Source: a virus
Taxonomy: Duplodnaviria; Heunggongvirae; Uroviricota; Caudoviricetes
DNA: 64,000 nucleotides
IMG/VR virus record: IMGVR_UViG_3300023314_000004
Location: 1 to 64,000 of that record
Strand: one strand, 5' to 3'
Shown: piece by piece, positions 55,356 through 64,000 of the stretch
Layout: every line of letters starts with the position of its first letter
How positions within the stretch are numbered: the first letter of the stretch is position 1
Position numbers and translations under genes: made by a program
Notes under the pieces: model-generated
What the model saw: only the letters and a program-made list of their open reading frames with translations
What the model was told of the DNA's origin: nothing
Databases searched by the model: none

Positions 55356-55840
55356 TACTAAATTTATCAGAAGAAGTAAATTATGATATGTTTAATATTC
55401 TTATTAAAGCATATAATAGTCGAAAAGAAGACGAAAGAATATACATCTATTTTTCCTCTACAGGGGGATTTGTAGATGTAGCTGAAGCTATTATTGATTT
55501 CATTAATAAAGATCCAGATGTATTTGATATTATTTTCTACGGAGAAGTATTCTCTTCAGGTATGTACATTCTATTAAAAACCACTTGTCATAAGTCTATC
55601 TTAAATGACACAAGAGGAATGTTTCATTACTCATTTCAGGAGATGAATATTTCCGAAGGAGGTAAACCATCTTCTGATTATGACATCTTCACCTTAAAGG
55701 AAATGAAAGCTAGTAAGCTAGGAAAAATTAACTATTTAAAAACAACTCCTCTCTCAGAGAGAGAAATTGCCTGTATAAAGAGAGGAAAAGATGTGTATTT
55801 TTCTTATCAGAGACTCTCTGAAATCATTAATGCGATATAA
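55352..55840 (+). CDS. ClpP-like (S14) prohead protease
   Basis: 162 aa. …IYFSSTGGFVDVAEAIIDFI…FDIIFYGEVFSSGMYILL… parallels ClpP INSPGG…AIYD…GQAASMGAFLL (Ser in the G.x.SxG context). Confidence 0.55.
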   Translation: MILNLSEEVNYDMFNILIKAYNSRKEDERIYIYFSSTGGFVDVAEAIIDFINKDPDVFDIIFYGEVFSSGMYILLKTTCHKSILNDTRGMFHYSFQEMNISEGGKPSSDYDIFTLKEMKASKLGKINYLKTTPLSEREIACIKRGKDVYFSYQRLSEIINAI

Positions 55841-55922
55841 GAATTCCATTTGATTTTACATACGAAAAAGTCTTGGTAATTCCAAATTAACAATATATTT
55901 TTACACTATAAATAAACTACAT

Positions 55923-57086
55923 ATGGCTGATGAACAAGAATATCCTTCGTTCAACCTCGGAATCATGAATGATGAAGTGTATGGCAACATCAAAGATGCT
56001 GATGCATTTTTAAATGACACTGCTGCTGTACTTACTGAAGCTGAAGAATTAGAGGATAAAAACAAACCTGAAGTTAAACCTAAACAAGAGGTAAAACCTG
56101 TTATTAAAGAAGAAGAAATTGACAAAGAAAAATTGTTAAATTCTTTCTTAGGTGCAGGAGAGGAAGACGATGAAGAGGAAGAAGAAATAGTCGAAACAAA
56201 ACCTAAAGTTGAAGAAACAGAAGAAAATGCTTTTGAATCTTTCTCTAAAGAACTTTACAACTTAGACTTTTTCACTGTTCCTGAAGGAGAAGAACCTGTA
56301 ATACCTAAATCTGGTGAAGAGCTGTTAGACCTTATGAATAAGGAAAAACAACTTGGAGCTACCATCTGGTTACAGAACTATCTTTCAAAACATGGAGATG
56401 ACAGAAAGGAATTATTTGAAGCCATATTTGTAGATGGAGTTGATCCTAAAGATTATCTTCCAGTTTATAATGAAGTGCAAAGCTTTGAAAATCTAGCTTT
56501 GGACAATGAAAAGAATCAAGAACTTGTTCTCAGAACATATTATAAGAGAGCTGGTTGGTCAGATGAAAAGATCGAAGGTAAGATTGATAAATTAAAATCC
56601 TATTCTGATCTTGAAGACGAAGCAGCTACAGTTCATCCCATTCTCGTTGAACAAGACAAACGACAATTAGAAAGTCTTAGGGAAGAAAAAGCAGAACAAA
56701 ACGAAAGAATATTAGCTCAGGAAGAAGAATATAAAGCTTCTATAACTAAGGTGTTGCAGGAAAAAATCAAAGAAAAACAATTTGATGGTATTCCTTTAAC
56801 AGACAAAGATGCTAAAAAAGCCTATGATTTCTTACAAGTGAAGAAATGGAAAACTCCAAGTGGAGAATTACTTACAGATTTTGATAAATTTATTCTGGAA
56901 AGTAAAAGACCTGAAAACATAGCACAAAGAACAAAGATTGCTCTCTTAGCTTTAAATAATTTTGATTTCTCTAAAATAGAGAAAAAAGCTGTAGCTAAAG
57001 AAAGCACTACATTATTTAGCAGTTTAGCTACACAAAAAAGCAAAAAATCTAATACACAGCCAGTACAAAATAATGTTTGGCGATAA
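55923..57086 (+). CDS. putative scaffolding protein (highly acidic)
   Basis: 387 aa. Very Glu/Asp/Lys-rich with poly-E tracts (…GEEDDEEEEEIVE…). Located between protease and capsid genes. Confidence 0.5.
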   Translation: MADEQEYPSFNLGIMNDEVYGNIKDADAFLNDTAAVLTEAEELEDKNKPEVKPKQEVKPVIKEEEIDKEKLLNSFLGAGEEDDEEEEEIVETKPKVEETEENAFESFSKELYNLDFFTVPEGEEPVIPKSGEELLDLMNKEKQLGATIWLQNYLSKHGDDRKELFEAIFVDGVDPKDYLPVYNEVQSFENLALDNEKNQELVLRTYYKRAGWSDEKIEGKIDKLKSYSDLEDEAATVHPILVEQDKRQLESLREEKAEQNERILAQEEEYKASITKVLQEKIKEKQFDGIPLTDKDAKKAYDFLQVKKWKTPSGELLTDFDKFILESKRPENIAQRTKIALLALNNFDFSKIEKKAVAKESTTLFSSLATQKSKKSNTQPVQNNVWR

Positions 57087-57104
57087 AACACAAAAAATAA
57101 TAAG

Positions 57105-58658
57105 ATGCCTTTACAGACAATACCAGGATTTACCGGCTTAACCTATGCAAGAGTTTCTTCTTTTGATAAGAGGGCAATTGGTAAATTGACAGACTCTAAT
57201 CACTTAGAGAGTTTGCAGCACGACAATGAGCCTACTCCTTATGATAAGAGGGTAATTGACATTTATACTCAAAGCTCATTGTACTCCAATGACTTTTTGG
57301 ATATGATCAATAAGTCTAAGCCATACTTCTTGGATGGTATGACCGACACTTGGAAATGGGATATTGAAAAACCATTCCAGTTTCCTAAATTGATTGATGT
57401 TCCAGCATCCACTACTAGTCAATCTCAGGTAGGTATTGACAATAAAGTATTTGAATTGGTAATAGACACTATTGTTTCTAAAAACATGGTGTTTGCTATT
57501 GGTCATCAAATTTATGGTCCACAAGTAGTTGTTGTTAACGATCCTACACCTTACGGTGCTGGTTGGTTGCATCAGGTTACTTTGATGGCTGCTAACACAC
57601 TCACTGAATTCGTAGCTCCACAATATTTACAACAGGGTTTGGATATTTTCATCCTTGATGTTATGTTAGGTGAGTTTGATCAGGATTTAGGTGGTTTGCA
57701 GAAAATGGGTGATCGTATCACAATGTTTGAAACATTAGGTACAGGCTATGGTTATGAGCACACTATCACTGCATGGGCTGATGATAAAATCCTTAAAGAT
57801 GCTAATGGTCGTCCTTTAGACTTGTTAGTATATATGAAAGGTAGACGTAATGAACTTCCTACTTCAACATCTAATGTTAAATGGGAACCCTTCATTGAGT
57901 TCTGGATGCGTAAGACAATGCTTGAAACGAAAGTTAAGCGTATGATCTGGAGCAAACCTGGTATCTCTCGTACTAATGGTGCTAAACAAGAATTGAAAAT
58001 CAAATCTGCTGGTATCTATTACAGAATGCGTAATTCTGGTAACTATGTACCTTACAATCGTGGTGAGTTCTCTGTGAGCTTGTTACGTTCAGTATTTGGT
58101 GATTTGTTCTACCGTAGAGTGGATGTTAAGGATAGGCGTGTTAAAATGTACACGAACGAATCTGGATTTGATGCATTCCAACAGGCTATTAAAGAAGATG
58201 CATTTGATTCTGGTCTTACATTCAATGTAGGAGACAATGATAAGTTTGTTCAAGGTGCAGGTCAGAACTTAGTATTGAATTTTGCCTTCAACTCTGTAAT
58301 TACAAGAGAAACTGGTAAAATTGAATTGGTTCACTTGAAAGAACTCGATTTACCACAAGGTAGCTTGGAGTTTGGTCAGAACAAAAAATCCACTCCTATT
58401 TTCATGGTGTTTGATGTTAGTCCTACTTCTGATGGTAGCTTGATTAACAACATTCGTGAAGTGAGGAGAGCTAATACACCTTCTATGCAATGGGGCTATA
58501 TTGATGGTCGTAGGAGTCACTTAGGTGCTATGGCTTCTCAAGGTCATAATGCAGCTACTAAATTCCCAGGCTATACAGTATGGATGGAAGATAGGTCTGA
58601 TGTTTTCATCGAAGATATGTCTCGTACTGTTCTCATAGAAGAAATTCCACAATTCTAA
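57105..58658 (+). CDS. putative major capsid protein
   Basis: 517 aa. Canonical position after protease and scaffold. Followed by a strong inverted repeat. Confidence 0.5.
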   Translation: MPLQTIPGFTGLTYARVSSFDKRAIGKLTDSNHLESLQHDNEPTPYDKRVIDIYTQSSLYSNDFLDMINKSKPYFLDGMTDTWKWDIEKPFQFPKLIDVPASTTSQSQVGIDNKVFELVIDTIVSKNMVFAIGHQIYGPQVVVVNDPTPYGAGWLHQVTLMAANTLTEFVAPQYLQQGLDIFILDVMLGEFDQDLGGLQKMGDRITMFETLGTGYGYEHTITAWADDKILKDANGRPLDLLVYMKGRRNELPTSTSNVKWEPFIEFWMRKTMLETKVKRMIWSKPGISRTNGAKQELKIKSAGIYYRMRNSGNYVPYNRGEFSVSLLRSVFGDLFYRRVDVKDRRVKMYTNESGFDAFQQAIKEDAFDSGLTFNVGDNDKFVQGAGQNLVLNFAFNSVITRETGKIELVHLKELDLPQGSLEFGQNKKSTPIFMVFDVSPTSDGSLINNIREVRRANTPSMQWGYIDGRRSHLGAMASQGHNAATKFPGYTVWMEDRSDVFIEDMSRTVLIEEIPQF

Positions 58659-58666
58659 TTCCCTCC

Positions 58667-58707
58667 GGAGAGAGGCTTTAAAATCCAAAGTTTTATTCCT
58701 CTCTCCA
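58667..58707 (+). terminator. inverted repeat / terminator-like hairpin downstream of the putative capsid gene
   Basis: GGAGAGAGG (58667-58675) … CCTCTCTCC (58699-58707), a 9-bp perfect stem with a long 23-nt loop. Not followed by a clean T-run. Confidence 0.35.
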
Positions 58708-58815
58708 TTAAATAACTAAGTAACGTCAGCGGAATGAGACTGCTGTTTACTTATCACTTGAACATCACAATAGGTGTAGCTTTCGATAGCAGTGTTCATC
58801 AAAAATAACTACATC

Positions 58816-59793
58816 ATGGCAATAGGTAAAATTTCACCTATAAAAAAGGTATACACCGACTCAATTAACACTCTAGAACAGCAATTGTCTAAGAACGGCT
58901 TTTCAAGAGCACCAGGAACTTCAGAAACCTTTTTCCCTTATAAGGAAAGTTCAGGTAAATATCGTACTGGTTTAGATGTTGATGCTCCCTATTTACAACG
59001 TCTTTCAGAAGAAAGCAGAAAAGTTGAAATAGATAGAATTATAAAAGATAAAGACAGGATGGAAAAGTCTTTAGGTATACCTGGATTATTAGACCCTACT
59101 TCTCCTTTTTATAATTTTGCCTCTTCTCCAGAAGTGTTGAAGAGAAAATTCGGAGCTGATTTAAAAGTTGGTCCTGTTAAATTAGGAAATAGGGAAGAAA
59201 TTTTTGATACCACCGATGTCATGAGAGAGATTGAATGGAATTGGATTAAAGTCCATCCTAGGATTGCTCCTTCAAAGGAAGCTTATGAAAAAGGTCAAGC
59301 TTCTGCTGAAACTAAATACTACTTGGTAGATGAAGAAACAGAGCAGAGAGAAGTTTACACTAAGAAAAGAGAAATTAACAAAGCTATTGTAGCTTTTGAA
59401 GAACTTTCTCCTACTAAGAAAAAACAGATTGCCCGTTTAATGGGACTTCCTGTAACAGAAGATACAAGAGAAGAAACTGTTTATAATCTCTTAGATGGTA
59501 TTTTAAAGAAAACAGAATTTAGTTCAGGTCAGAATAAAGGTTATTCTCCAGTAAGGTTGTTTAATGATCTATTAAAAACCACTGATGCAATGCTAAAGGT
59601 TAAGGATCTTGTAGAACAAGCTTTAACATTTAATATCTACAGATATGGTATTAACAATAGGATTACAGAAGGTGGTGTAACTGTAGCTAACTCTAAAGAA
59701 GAGCTTATAGCTAAACTGGTGGATGATGACGGACAATTAGATTTGATTGCTTTAGAAAAGAAATTAACACATAAAAAAATAGAGCAATCATGA
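58816..59793 (+). CDS. hypothetical structural-module protein
   Basis: ORF track gives 58792 (MFIKNNYIM…). The Met at 58816 (MAIGKISP…) is the more likely start, after a 130-nt gap. Confidence 0.45.
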   Translation: MAIGKISPIKKVYTDSINTLEQQLSKNGFSRAPGTSETFFPYKESSGKYRTGLDVDAPYLQRLSEESRKVEIDRIIKDKDRMEKSLGIPGLLDPTSPFYNFASSPEVLKRKFGADLKVGPVKLGNREEIFDTTDVMREIEWNWIKVHPRIAPSKEAYEKGQASAETKYYLVDEETEQREVYTKKREINKAIVAFEELSPTKKKQIARLMGLPVTEDTREETVYNLLDGILKKTEFSSGQNKGYSPVRLFNDLLKTTDAMLKVKDLVEQALTFNIYRYGINNRITEGGVTVANSKEELIAKLVDDDGQLDLIALEKKLTHKKIEQS

Positions 59794-60515
59794 TAAACGT
59801 AGATAGTTTACTTTATGGGATTGACCTCAAACTCAATAAGTTAGCTACTAACGAACATCAACAAATCCCCTTAGAAAATAAAATTATTGCCCTTAATGAG
59901 GCTCAAATACAGCTCATTCTAAATAAAGTAACAGGTAATAATGTTTTTAAGTTAGGATTGGATAGTTTTAAAAAAAGGTATCAGGACTTACAAAATTTAA
60001 TTGAAAATCCTGAAGATCATAAAACTCTTCCTGTTTTATCAGATAAACATCTTAATAAATACATAGTTAAAACTTCTGTTCTTCCTTCTTACATGTTCTA
60101 TATTGATAGTTATGTAATTGCAGATAAAGAAGAATGTAAAAACAGAGTGGTGTATTCAAATGCAGATTTAGTTAAACATGCAGATATTACACTCTTATTA
60201 AGAGATAGCAACTTTAAACCTTCTTTTGAATATCAGGAAACAATAGTAGATATTTCCGAAAGTGAAATACATGTTTATTCTGATGGTACATTTTCTCCTA
60301 AAGAATTGTATGTATCTTATCTCAGATACCCTAAGAAGATAGACAAAGAAGGATATGTAGATTTTGATGGTCAGGAAAGCATAAATCAAAACAGTGAGCT
60401 TGAAGCCTACCTAGAAAATGAACTTTTAGATATAGCAGTGGGAAAACTTGCTATGTATACAGAAAACAACTCAGCAGTTCAATCAGCTGAAATTAGAAAA
60501 CAAACAAACGAATAA
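59790..60515 (+). CDS. hypothetical structural-module protein
   Basis: 241-aa ORF, overlaps the upstream gene by 4 nt. Confidence 0.45.
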   Translation: MINVDSLLYGIDLKLNKLATNEHQQIPLENKIIALNEAQIQLILNKVTGNNVFKLGLDSFKKRYQDLQNLIENPEDHKTLPVLSDKHLNKYIVKTSVLPSYMFYIDSYVIADKEECKNRVVYSNADLVKHADITLLLRDSNFKPSFEYQETIVDISESEIHVYSDGTFSPKELYVSYLRYPKKIDKEGYVDFDGQESINQNSELEAYLENELLDIAVGKLAMYTENNSAVQSAEIRKQTNE

Positions 60516-60527
60516 AAATAAAAAATT

Positions 60528-61673
60528 ATGGAATTTTCATTAAGCACCGTATTTGTAGTTCCAGTTGGTAATACATTGCCATCTACAGGTAGTACACAAA
60601 ATCTAACTGCTGGACAATTCGGCGTGTTTAAAGATGATGCTCGTACTATAGCCACAAACGGTAATATTTCTACAGCCGCCTTTATCCAGTTCTTTCAGGG
60701 TCATGATGCAACTATTGGTGCAGTGATTGGCTCTAAACCTTCTGATAAAATCAAGGCTTCAAAAGTTAAAAAATGGTATAAAGTAACAGGTAGTGCTACA
60801 GCTGCTAACGAAATTCAAGTAGTTAGTAATTTTAATGCTAAATGTGGAGAAGAATTTAATCTTACTTTAGTGGCTCATTCCAGCTTGATTGACACTATTG
60901 CCTTTAATGGTCTCACTCGTACAGTGACAGTTAAAACTCCGTGTTGTGATTGTGGTGCTGATCCTTGTGATACAGCTGATAATGAAGCTTTAGTAGATTT
61001 AGTTATTGCTGGTATTAATCAACAGAATGTTGGTCAATTTGGTCCTCGTGTTTTGAACATGTCTACCTTCTTCACTTTCACTAAAGTTGGTACAGGTGAA
61101 AATGCTACATTGGTTATCCAATCTAAACCTTTAACAGTTTATGGTCAGCCATGTGATATAGCAGCTAACCCTTACGAATTTGATCGTATTTGGTTTAGAA
61201 CATTTGCTTACACTGGTCCAGATACATCACAGGATTTCTTTGTATCAGATAGATGTGATCAGGCAGCTACAGTTACAATTACACAAAGAAGCTCATTCCC
61301 ACGTTTGACTTCTGCTGAAGTAACTCAGGTTGAAAAAGACTATTACACTTACCAGTCTCCTCAGAAAAGTTTGTATCGTACAGCTGGATATAATCAGTGG
61401 TATGAAAGCTTTGTAGCTGCTAATATTGTTTATGATCAATACACAATTCAGTTTGACGAATTGGCTCAGAACGATAGTTATACAGCTAACTTGCAGGAAG
61501 ATGAAAGAGTGATTATCTTCATACCTCAAGGTGAAACTTCAACTATTGAAACAATGTTGACTACTTATCTTGGTGCTCCAGTAAATGAATCAGGTGTAGC
61601 TATCAGTACAACTACTACTAGCTCAACAAGCTCCACTTCATCTACATCAACTACTACTACGCTTATCCCTTAA
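60528..61673 (+). CDS. hypothetical abundant structural protein (major tail or capsid-associated) with Ser/Thr-rich C-terminal tail
   Basis: 381 aa. Cys-containing core. Ends …TTTSSTSSTSSTSTTTTLIP. Followed by the strongest terminator in the window. Confidence 0.4.
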   Translation: MEFSLSTVFVVPVGNTLPSTGSTQNLTAGQFGVFKDDARTIATNGNISTAAFIQFFQGHDATIGAVIGSKPSDKIKASKVKKWYKVTGSATAANEIQVVSNFNAKCGEEFNLTLVAHSSLIDTIAFNGLTRTVTVKTPCCDCGADPCDTADNEALVDLVIAGINQQNVGQFGPRVLNMSTFFTFTKVGTGENATLVIQSKPLTVYGQPCDIAANPYEFDRIWFRTFAYTGPDTSQDFFVSDRCDQAATVTITQRSSFPRLTSAEVTQVEKDYYTYQSPQKSLYRTAGYNQWYESFVAANIVYDQYTIQFDELAQNDSYTANLQEDERVIIFIPQGETSTIETMLTTYLGAPVNESGVAISTTTTSSTSSTSSTSTTTTLIP

Positions 61674-61697
61674 GATAACAAAACCTATAAAAACCAA

Positions 61698-61739
61698 CCC
61701 AAAGGAACAAGGATATTTTCCTATCCTTTGGGTTTTTTA
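61698..61739 (+). terminator. rho-independent terminator
   Basis: CCCAAAGGA-ACA-AGGATA-TTTTCC-TATCCT-TTGGG nested hairpin followed by TTTTTTAA. Confidence 0.65.
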
Positions 61740-61742
61740 ATT

Positions 61743-62210
61743 ATGGATAGTATATCAGAAAAAAGAATTGCTTTATTACATCCTAAAATTAGGGATGAAG
61801 TGAAGCTTATAGTAGAACTAGCTGATTGTTCCCTTACAGGCAGGGCTAAAGTTAGAATAGTTCAAGGATTAAGAACATTTGCAGAACAGGATGCTTTATA
61901 TAAGCAACGTCCTAAAGTTACAAATGCTAAAGGTGGTCAGTCTTATCATAACTATGGTCTTGCAGTGGACTTTTGTTTACTTATAGATGGAAAAGAAATT
62001 AGTTGGAACACTGTAAAAGATTATGATACAGATGGTATAGCAGATTGGACAGAAGTAGCTAAAATATTTGAAAATCATGGCTACACTTGGGGAAAGGCTT
62101 TTAATGACTTACCTCATTTTGAAAAACGATTTGGCTTAAATTGGAGAGATATGCTGAAGAAGTATAACAATAAAGATTTTATTCCAGGAACAACCTATAT
62201 AAATATATGA
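61743..62210 (+). CDS. peptidase M15 (VanY / L-alanyl-D-glutamate peptidase-like) endolysin
   Basis: ORF track gives 61728. The Met at 61743 (MDSISEKRIALLHP…) clears the terminator hairpin. …GGQSYHNYGLAVDF… (SxHxxGxAxD zinc-ligand motif) and …DLPHFEKR… (second His) are typical of M15 peptidoglycan peptidases. Confidence 0.7.
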   Translation: MDSISEKRIALLHPKIRDEVKLIVELADCSLTGRAKVRIVQGLRTFAEQDALYKQRPKVTNAKGGQSYHNYGLAVDFCLLIDGKEISWNTVKDYDTDGIADWTEVAKIFENHGYTWGKAFNDLPHFEKRFGLNWRDMLKKYNNKDFIPGTTYINI

Positions 62211-62746
62211 CTGAACCAAATTTAAATATAGGTTTATTAGACACTCATTCAATGCAATCTTTTGCATTATTAGATCTAAGTGCCTATCCTACAGGATTTA
62301 CTATAACATCTCCAACAATACAAATTTCTATTCCTGGAAATCCGGATGTTACACTACCATTTGTCCCATCTAATATTAGTGTCTATGATAGTAAAGCATT
62401 AGCTATCACCTGTGATTGGTGTGAGTTAACAAATATACCTGATGGAATATACAAAGTGAAATACAGTGTTTATCCAGCTTATAAATATTATGTAGAGAAA
62501 GTATTTGCAAGAATAGATAATCTACAAAGTAAATTGGATAAAGCTTATTTACATATGGATTTTATGGAATGTGATAACAGAATTAAGAGAGAAGATAGGT
62601 TATTATTAGACACTATCCAAACCTTCATAGAAGGAGCTATTTCAGCAGGTAATAATTGTGCAGAAAAACTCTTTCATTCTTTATATAACAAAGCTTACGT
62701 ATTATTAGATAACTTCATAAATAATAAATCATGTGTAAAGCATTAG
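62207..62746 (+). CDS. hypothetical protein
   Basis: 179-aa ORF, 4-nt overlap with the endolysin gene. Confidence 0.45.
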   Translation: MTEPNLNIGLLDTHSMQSFALLDLSAYPTGFTITSPTIQISIPGNPDVTLPFVPSNISVYDSKALAITCDWCELTNIPDGIYKVKYSVYPAYKYYVEKVFARIDNLQSKLDKAYLHMDFMECDNRIKREDRLLLDTIQTFIEGAISAGNNCAEKLFHSLYNKAYVLLDNFINNKSCVKH

Positions 62747-62760
62747 CAATATACCATTGT

Positions 62761-62841
62761 ATGCCTACTCCATGTAGCAAATGTGGTACTCCTTATAAAG
62801 CTTGTCAATTAGTAAATGGTCTTTGTGTCTCATGCAGATAA
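62761..62841 (+). CDS. possible Cys-rich mini-protein (26 aa)
   Basis: MPTPCSKCGTPYKACQLVNGLCVSCR. Six Cys in 26 aa. N-terminal MPxxC resembles the N-terminus of the partial ORF at 63143 (MPCKDCYNNC…). Confidence 0.2.
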   Translation: MPTPCSKCGTPYKACQLVNGLCVSCR

Positions 62842-63140
62842 AATTAAAAACTTGTGATTGTGATATAGATGCCCTCTTAGCCAAAATAGAGTGTACAATA
62901 TTCTATATAACAAAGCAAAAATATTATAGCTTAGTTTATAATACTAGCTACAAGTTTGACGCTGATTTATTAAAACAACTTGTAAGATATAAAAATATAT
63001 TAAACAAAAGGAAATACAATTGTACATATCCCTGCCCATCTATAAAAACGAGAGATATTATCTCTCATGTTAATACAATAGCTTTTAGAGATGGTAATTG
63101 CAGTCAATGTGAGTCTTGTTTTCCTGAATTAAACCAATAA
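62832..63140 (+). CDS. hypothetical Cys-rich protein
   Basis: ORF track starts at TTG 62802. The first ATG is 62832 (MQIKLKTCDCDIDALLAK…). Start choice uncertain. Confidence 0.35.
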   Translation: MQIKLKTCDCDIDALLAKIECTIFYITKQKYYSLVYNTSYKFDADLLKQLVRYKNILNKRKYNCTYPCPSIKTRDIISHVNTIAFRDGNCSQCESCFPELNQ

Positions 63141-63142
63141 AA

Positions 63143-64000
63143 ATGCCTTGTAAGGACTGTTATAATAATTGTGACCCATTAGTTACGGATAGGTGTGTTA
63201 AATACACAGGACCTGAAATAGAGGTGCTAGGTATTTGTACAGGAGACAATTTATATGAGATAGAGGATATTATATTAAATAAATTAATAGCTCTGGCTAA
63301 TGGAACAGGTATTACATTAGATGTTACATTAGATTGTCTGTTAACACAAACATTAGTAGGAGTAGATAAAACTCTTCCTAATTTAATACAAGCCTTATTA
63401 GATGCTACATGTAGCTTTGATGGAAGAATAAAAACTGTTGAAAATACAGTGAATGCTCCTTATTTATTTGACATATTGTGCTTAGAGAATGATCCATCTA
63501 CCAGAGATGAAGTGATACAATCTATTATAAATCTTGTATGTGATATTAATGCAAGACTAACAATTATAGAAAACACTTATGTAAAACAAGCTGATTTATG
63601 TACACAAGTACAGGCTTGTTTAGCTTCTAGCGCCACTCCTCAGTTTAATAGCAGAATGGTTCCTTATACATATATCCCTTATGCAGGTCCTCTTTCTAAT
63701 TTTGATAATACAGGTAAAGGACTGATAGCTAGTGGGTTTGATAAAATCTATTTAGCTAATGGACTTAATGGAACTCAAGATTGGAGAGGTAGAAGTCCTA
63801 TAGGCGCTATACAAAATGTTCCAGGAACCACTTTAGATTCCGCTGTTGATCCTGCTATTACAACTAATGCTAATTACAACTATTTTGTAGGAACTAAATA
63901 TGGAAGTACAAACACAGTACTTACAAATTTACAAAGTGCTCCTCACACTCATAATATAATAGACAATGGGCACACTCACTTTACAATTTCTAGTTTAAGC
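63143..64000 (+). CDS. hypothetical Cys-rich structural protein (tail fibre-like?), N-terminal 286 aa only; continues past the window end
   Basis: ATG at 63143, frame open to 64000 (MPCKDCYNNCDPLVTDRCVKYTGPEIEVLGICTGDN…SAPHTHNIIDNGHTHFTISSLS). Absent from the ORF track because no stop occurs inside the window. Confidence 0.45.
   Translation, partial: MPCKDCYNNCDPLVTDRCVKYTGPEIEVLGICTGDNLYEIEDIILNKLIALANGTGITLDVTLDCLLTQTLVGVDKTLPNLIQALLDATCSFDGRIKTVENTVNAPYLFDILCLENDPSTRDEVIQSIINLVCDINARLTIIENTYVKQADLCTQVQACLASSATPQFNSRMVPYTYIPYAGPLSNFDNTGKGLIASGFDKIYLANGLNGTQDWRGRSPIGAIQNVPGTTLDSAVDPAITTNANYNYFVGTKYGSTNTVLTNLQSAPHTHNIIDNGHTHFTISSLS

Noticed and set aside
55901-58003. Minus-strand ORFs 55901..56125, 56822..57091, 57276..57623 and 57752..58003
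   Set aside because: Antisense to the scaffold and capsid genes.
62802-62831. TTG start of ORF 62802..63140
   Set aside because: The ORF track begins at a TTG; the first ATG (62832) is more conventional. Neither can be confirmed.
1-64000. Lysogeny module (integrase, CI-like repressor), CRISPR array, additional tRNAs
   Set aside because: No tyrosine or serine recombinase motifs, no repeat-spacer array and no further GGTTC(G/A)A(A/T)TCC T-loop signatures were seen on either strand. Absence judged by eye only.

Overview
The window is a contiguous 64 kb stretch of an AT-rich (roughly 30% GC) tailed-phage (Caudoviricetes) genome. Genes lack obvious Shine-Dalgarno sequences and several small proteins carry lipoprotein-type signal peptides, which fits (by inference) a Bacteroidota/Flavobacteriia-type host. 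Positions 1-45008 are almost entirely minus-strand genes. They encode a replication and DNA-metabolism module: family A DNA polymerase, primase-like protein, DnaB-like helicase, SF2 helicase-like protein, uracil-DNA glycosylase, PD-(D/E)XK nuclease, and HNH and GIY-YIG endonucleases. They also encode an NAD+ module (NAMPT-family plus PRPP-synthetase-family enzymes), a metallophosphoesterase, a YpsA/SLOG-like protein, a membrane-anchored sugar-kinase/Hsp70/actin-fold (ASKHA) phosphatase-like protein, a GHKL ATPase, a von Willebrand factor A (VWA) protein, an SPFH protein and many unknowns. Six of the unknowns form a paralogous family sharing a C-terminal domain. One tRNA (anticodon UAU) with a downstream terminator sits at 40.6 kb. 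After a repeat-rich noncoding region (43.45-43.9 kb) and a palindrome-bearing switch region, positions 45069-64000 carry plus-strand late genes: small ORFs, terminase large subunit, putative portal, ClpP-like prohead protease, acidic scaffold, putative major capsid protein, further structural proteins, an M15 peptidase endolysin and a partial Cys-rich structural gene at the window end. A single minus-strand, GC-richer, terminator-flanked gene (45720-46103) lies inside the late region and looks like a moron. No integrase, repressor or CRISPR array is visible. Functional calls rest on motifs recognised by eye; no database searches were run.
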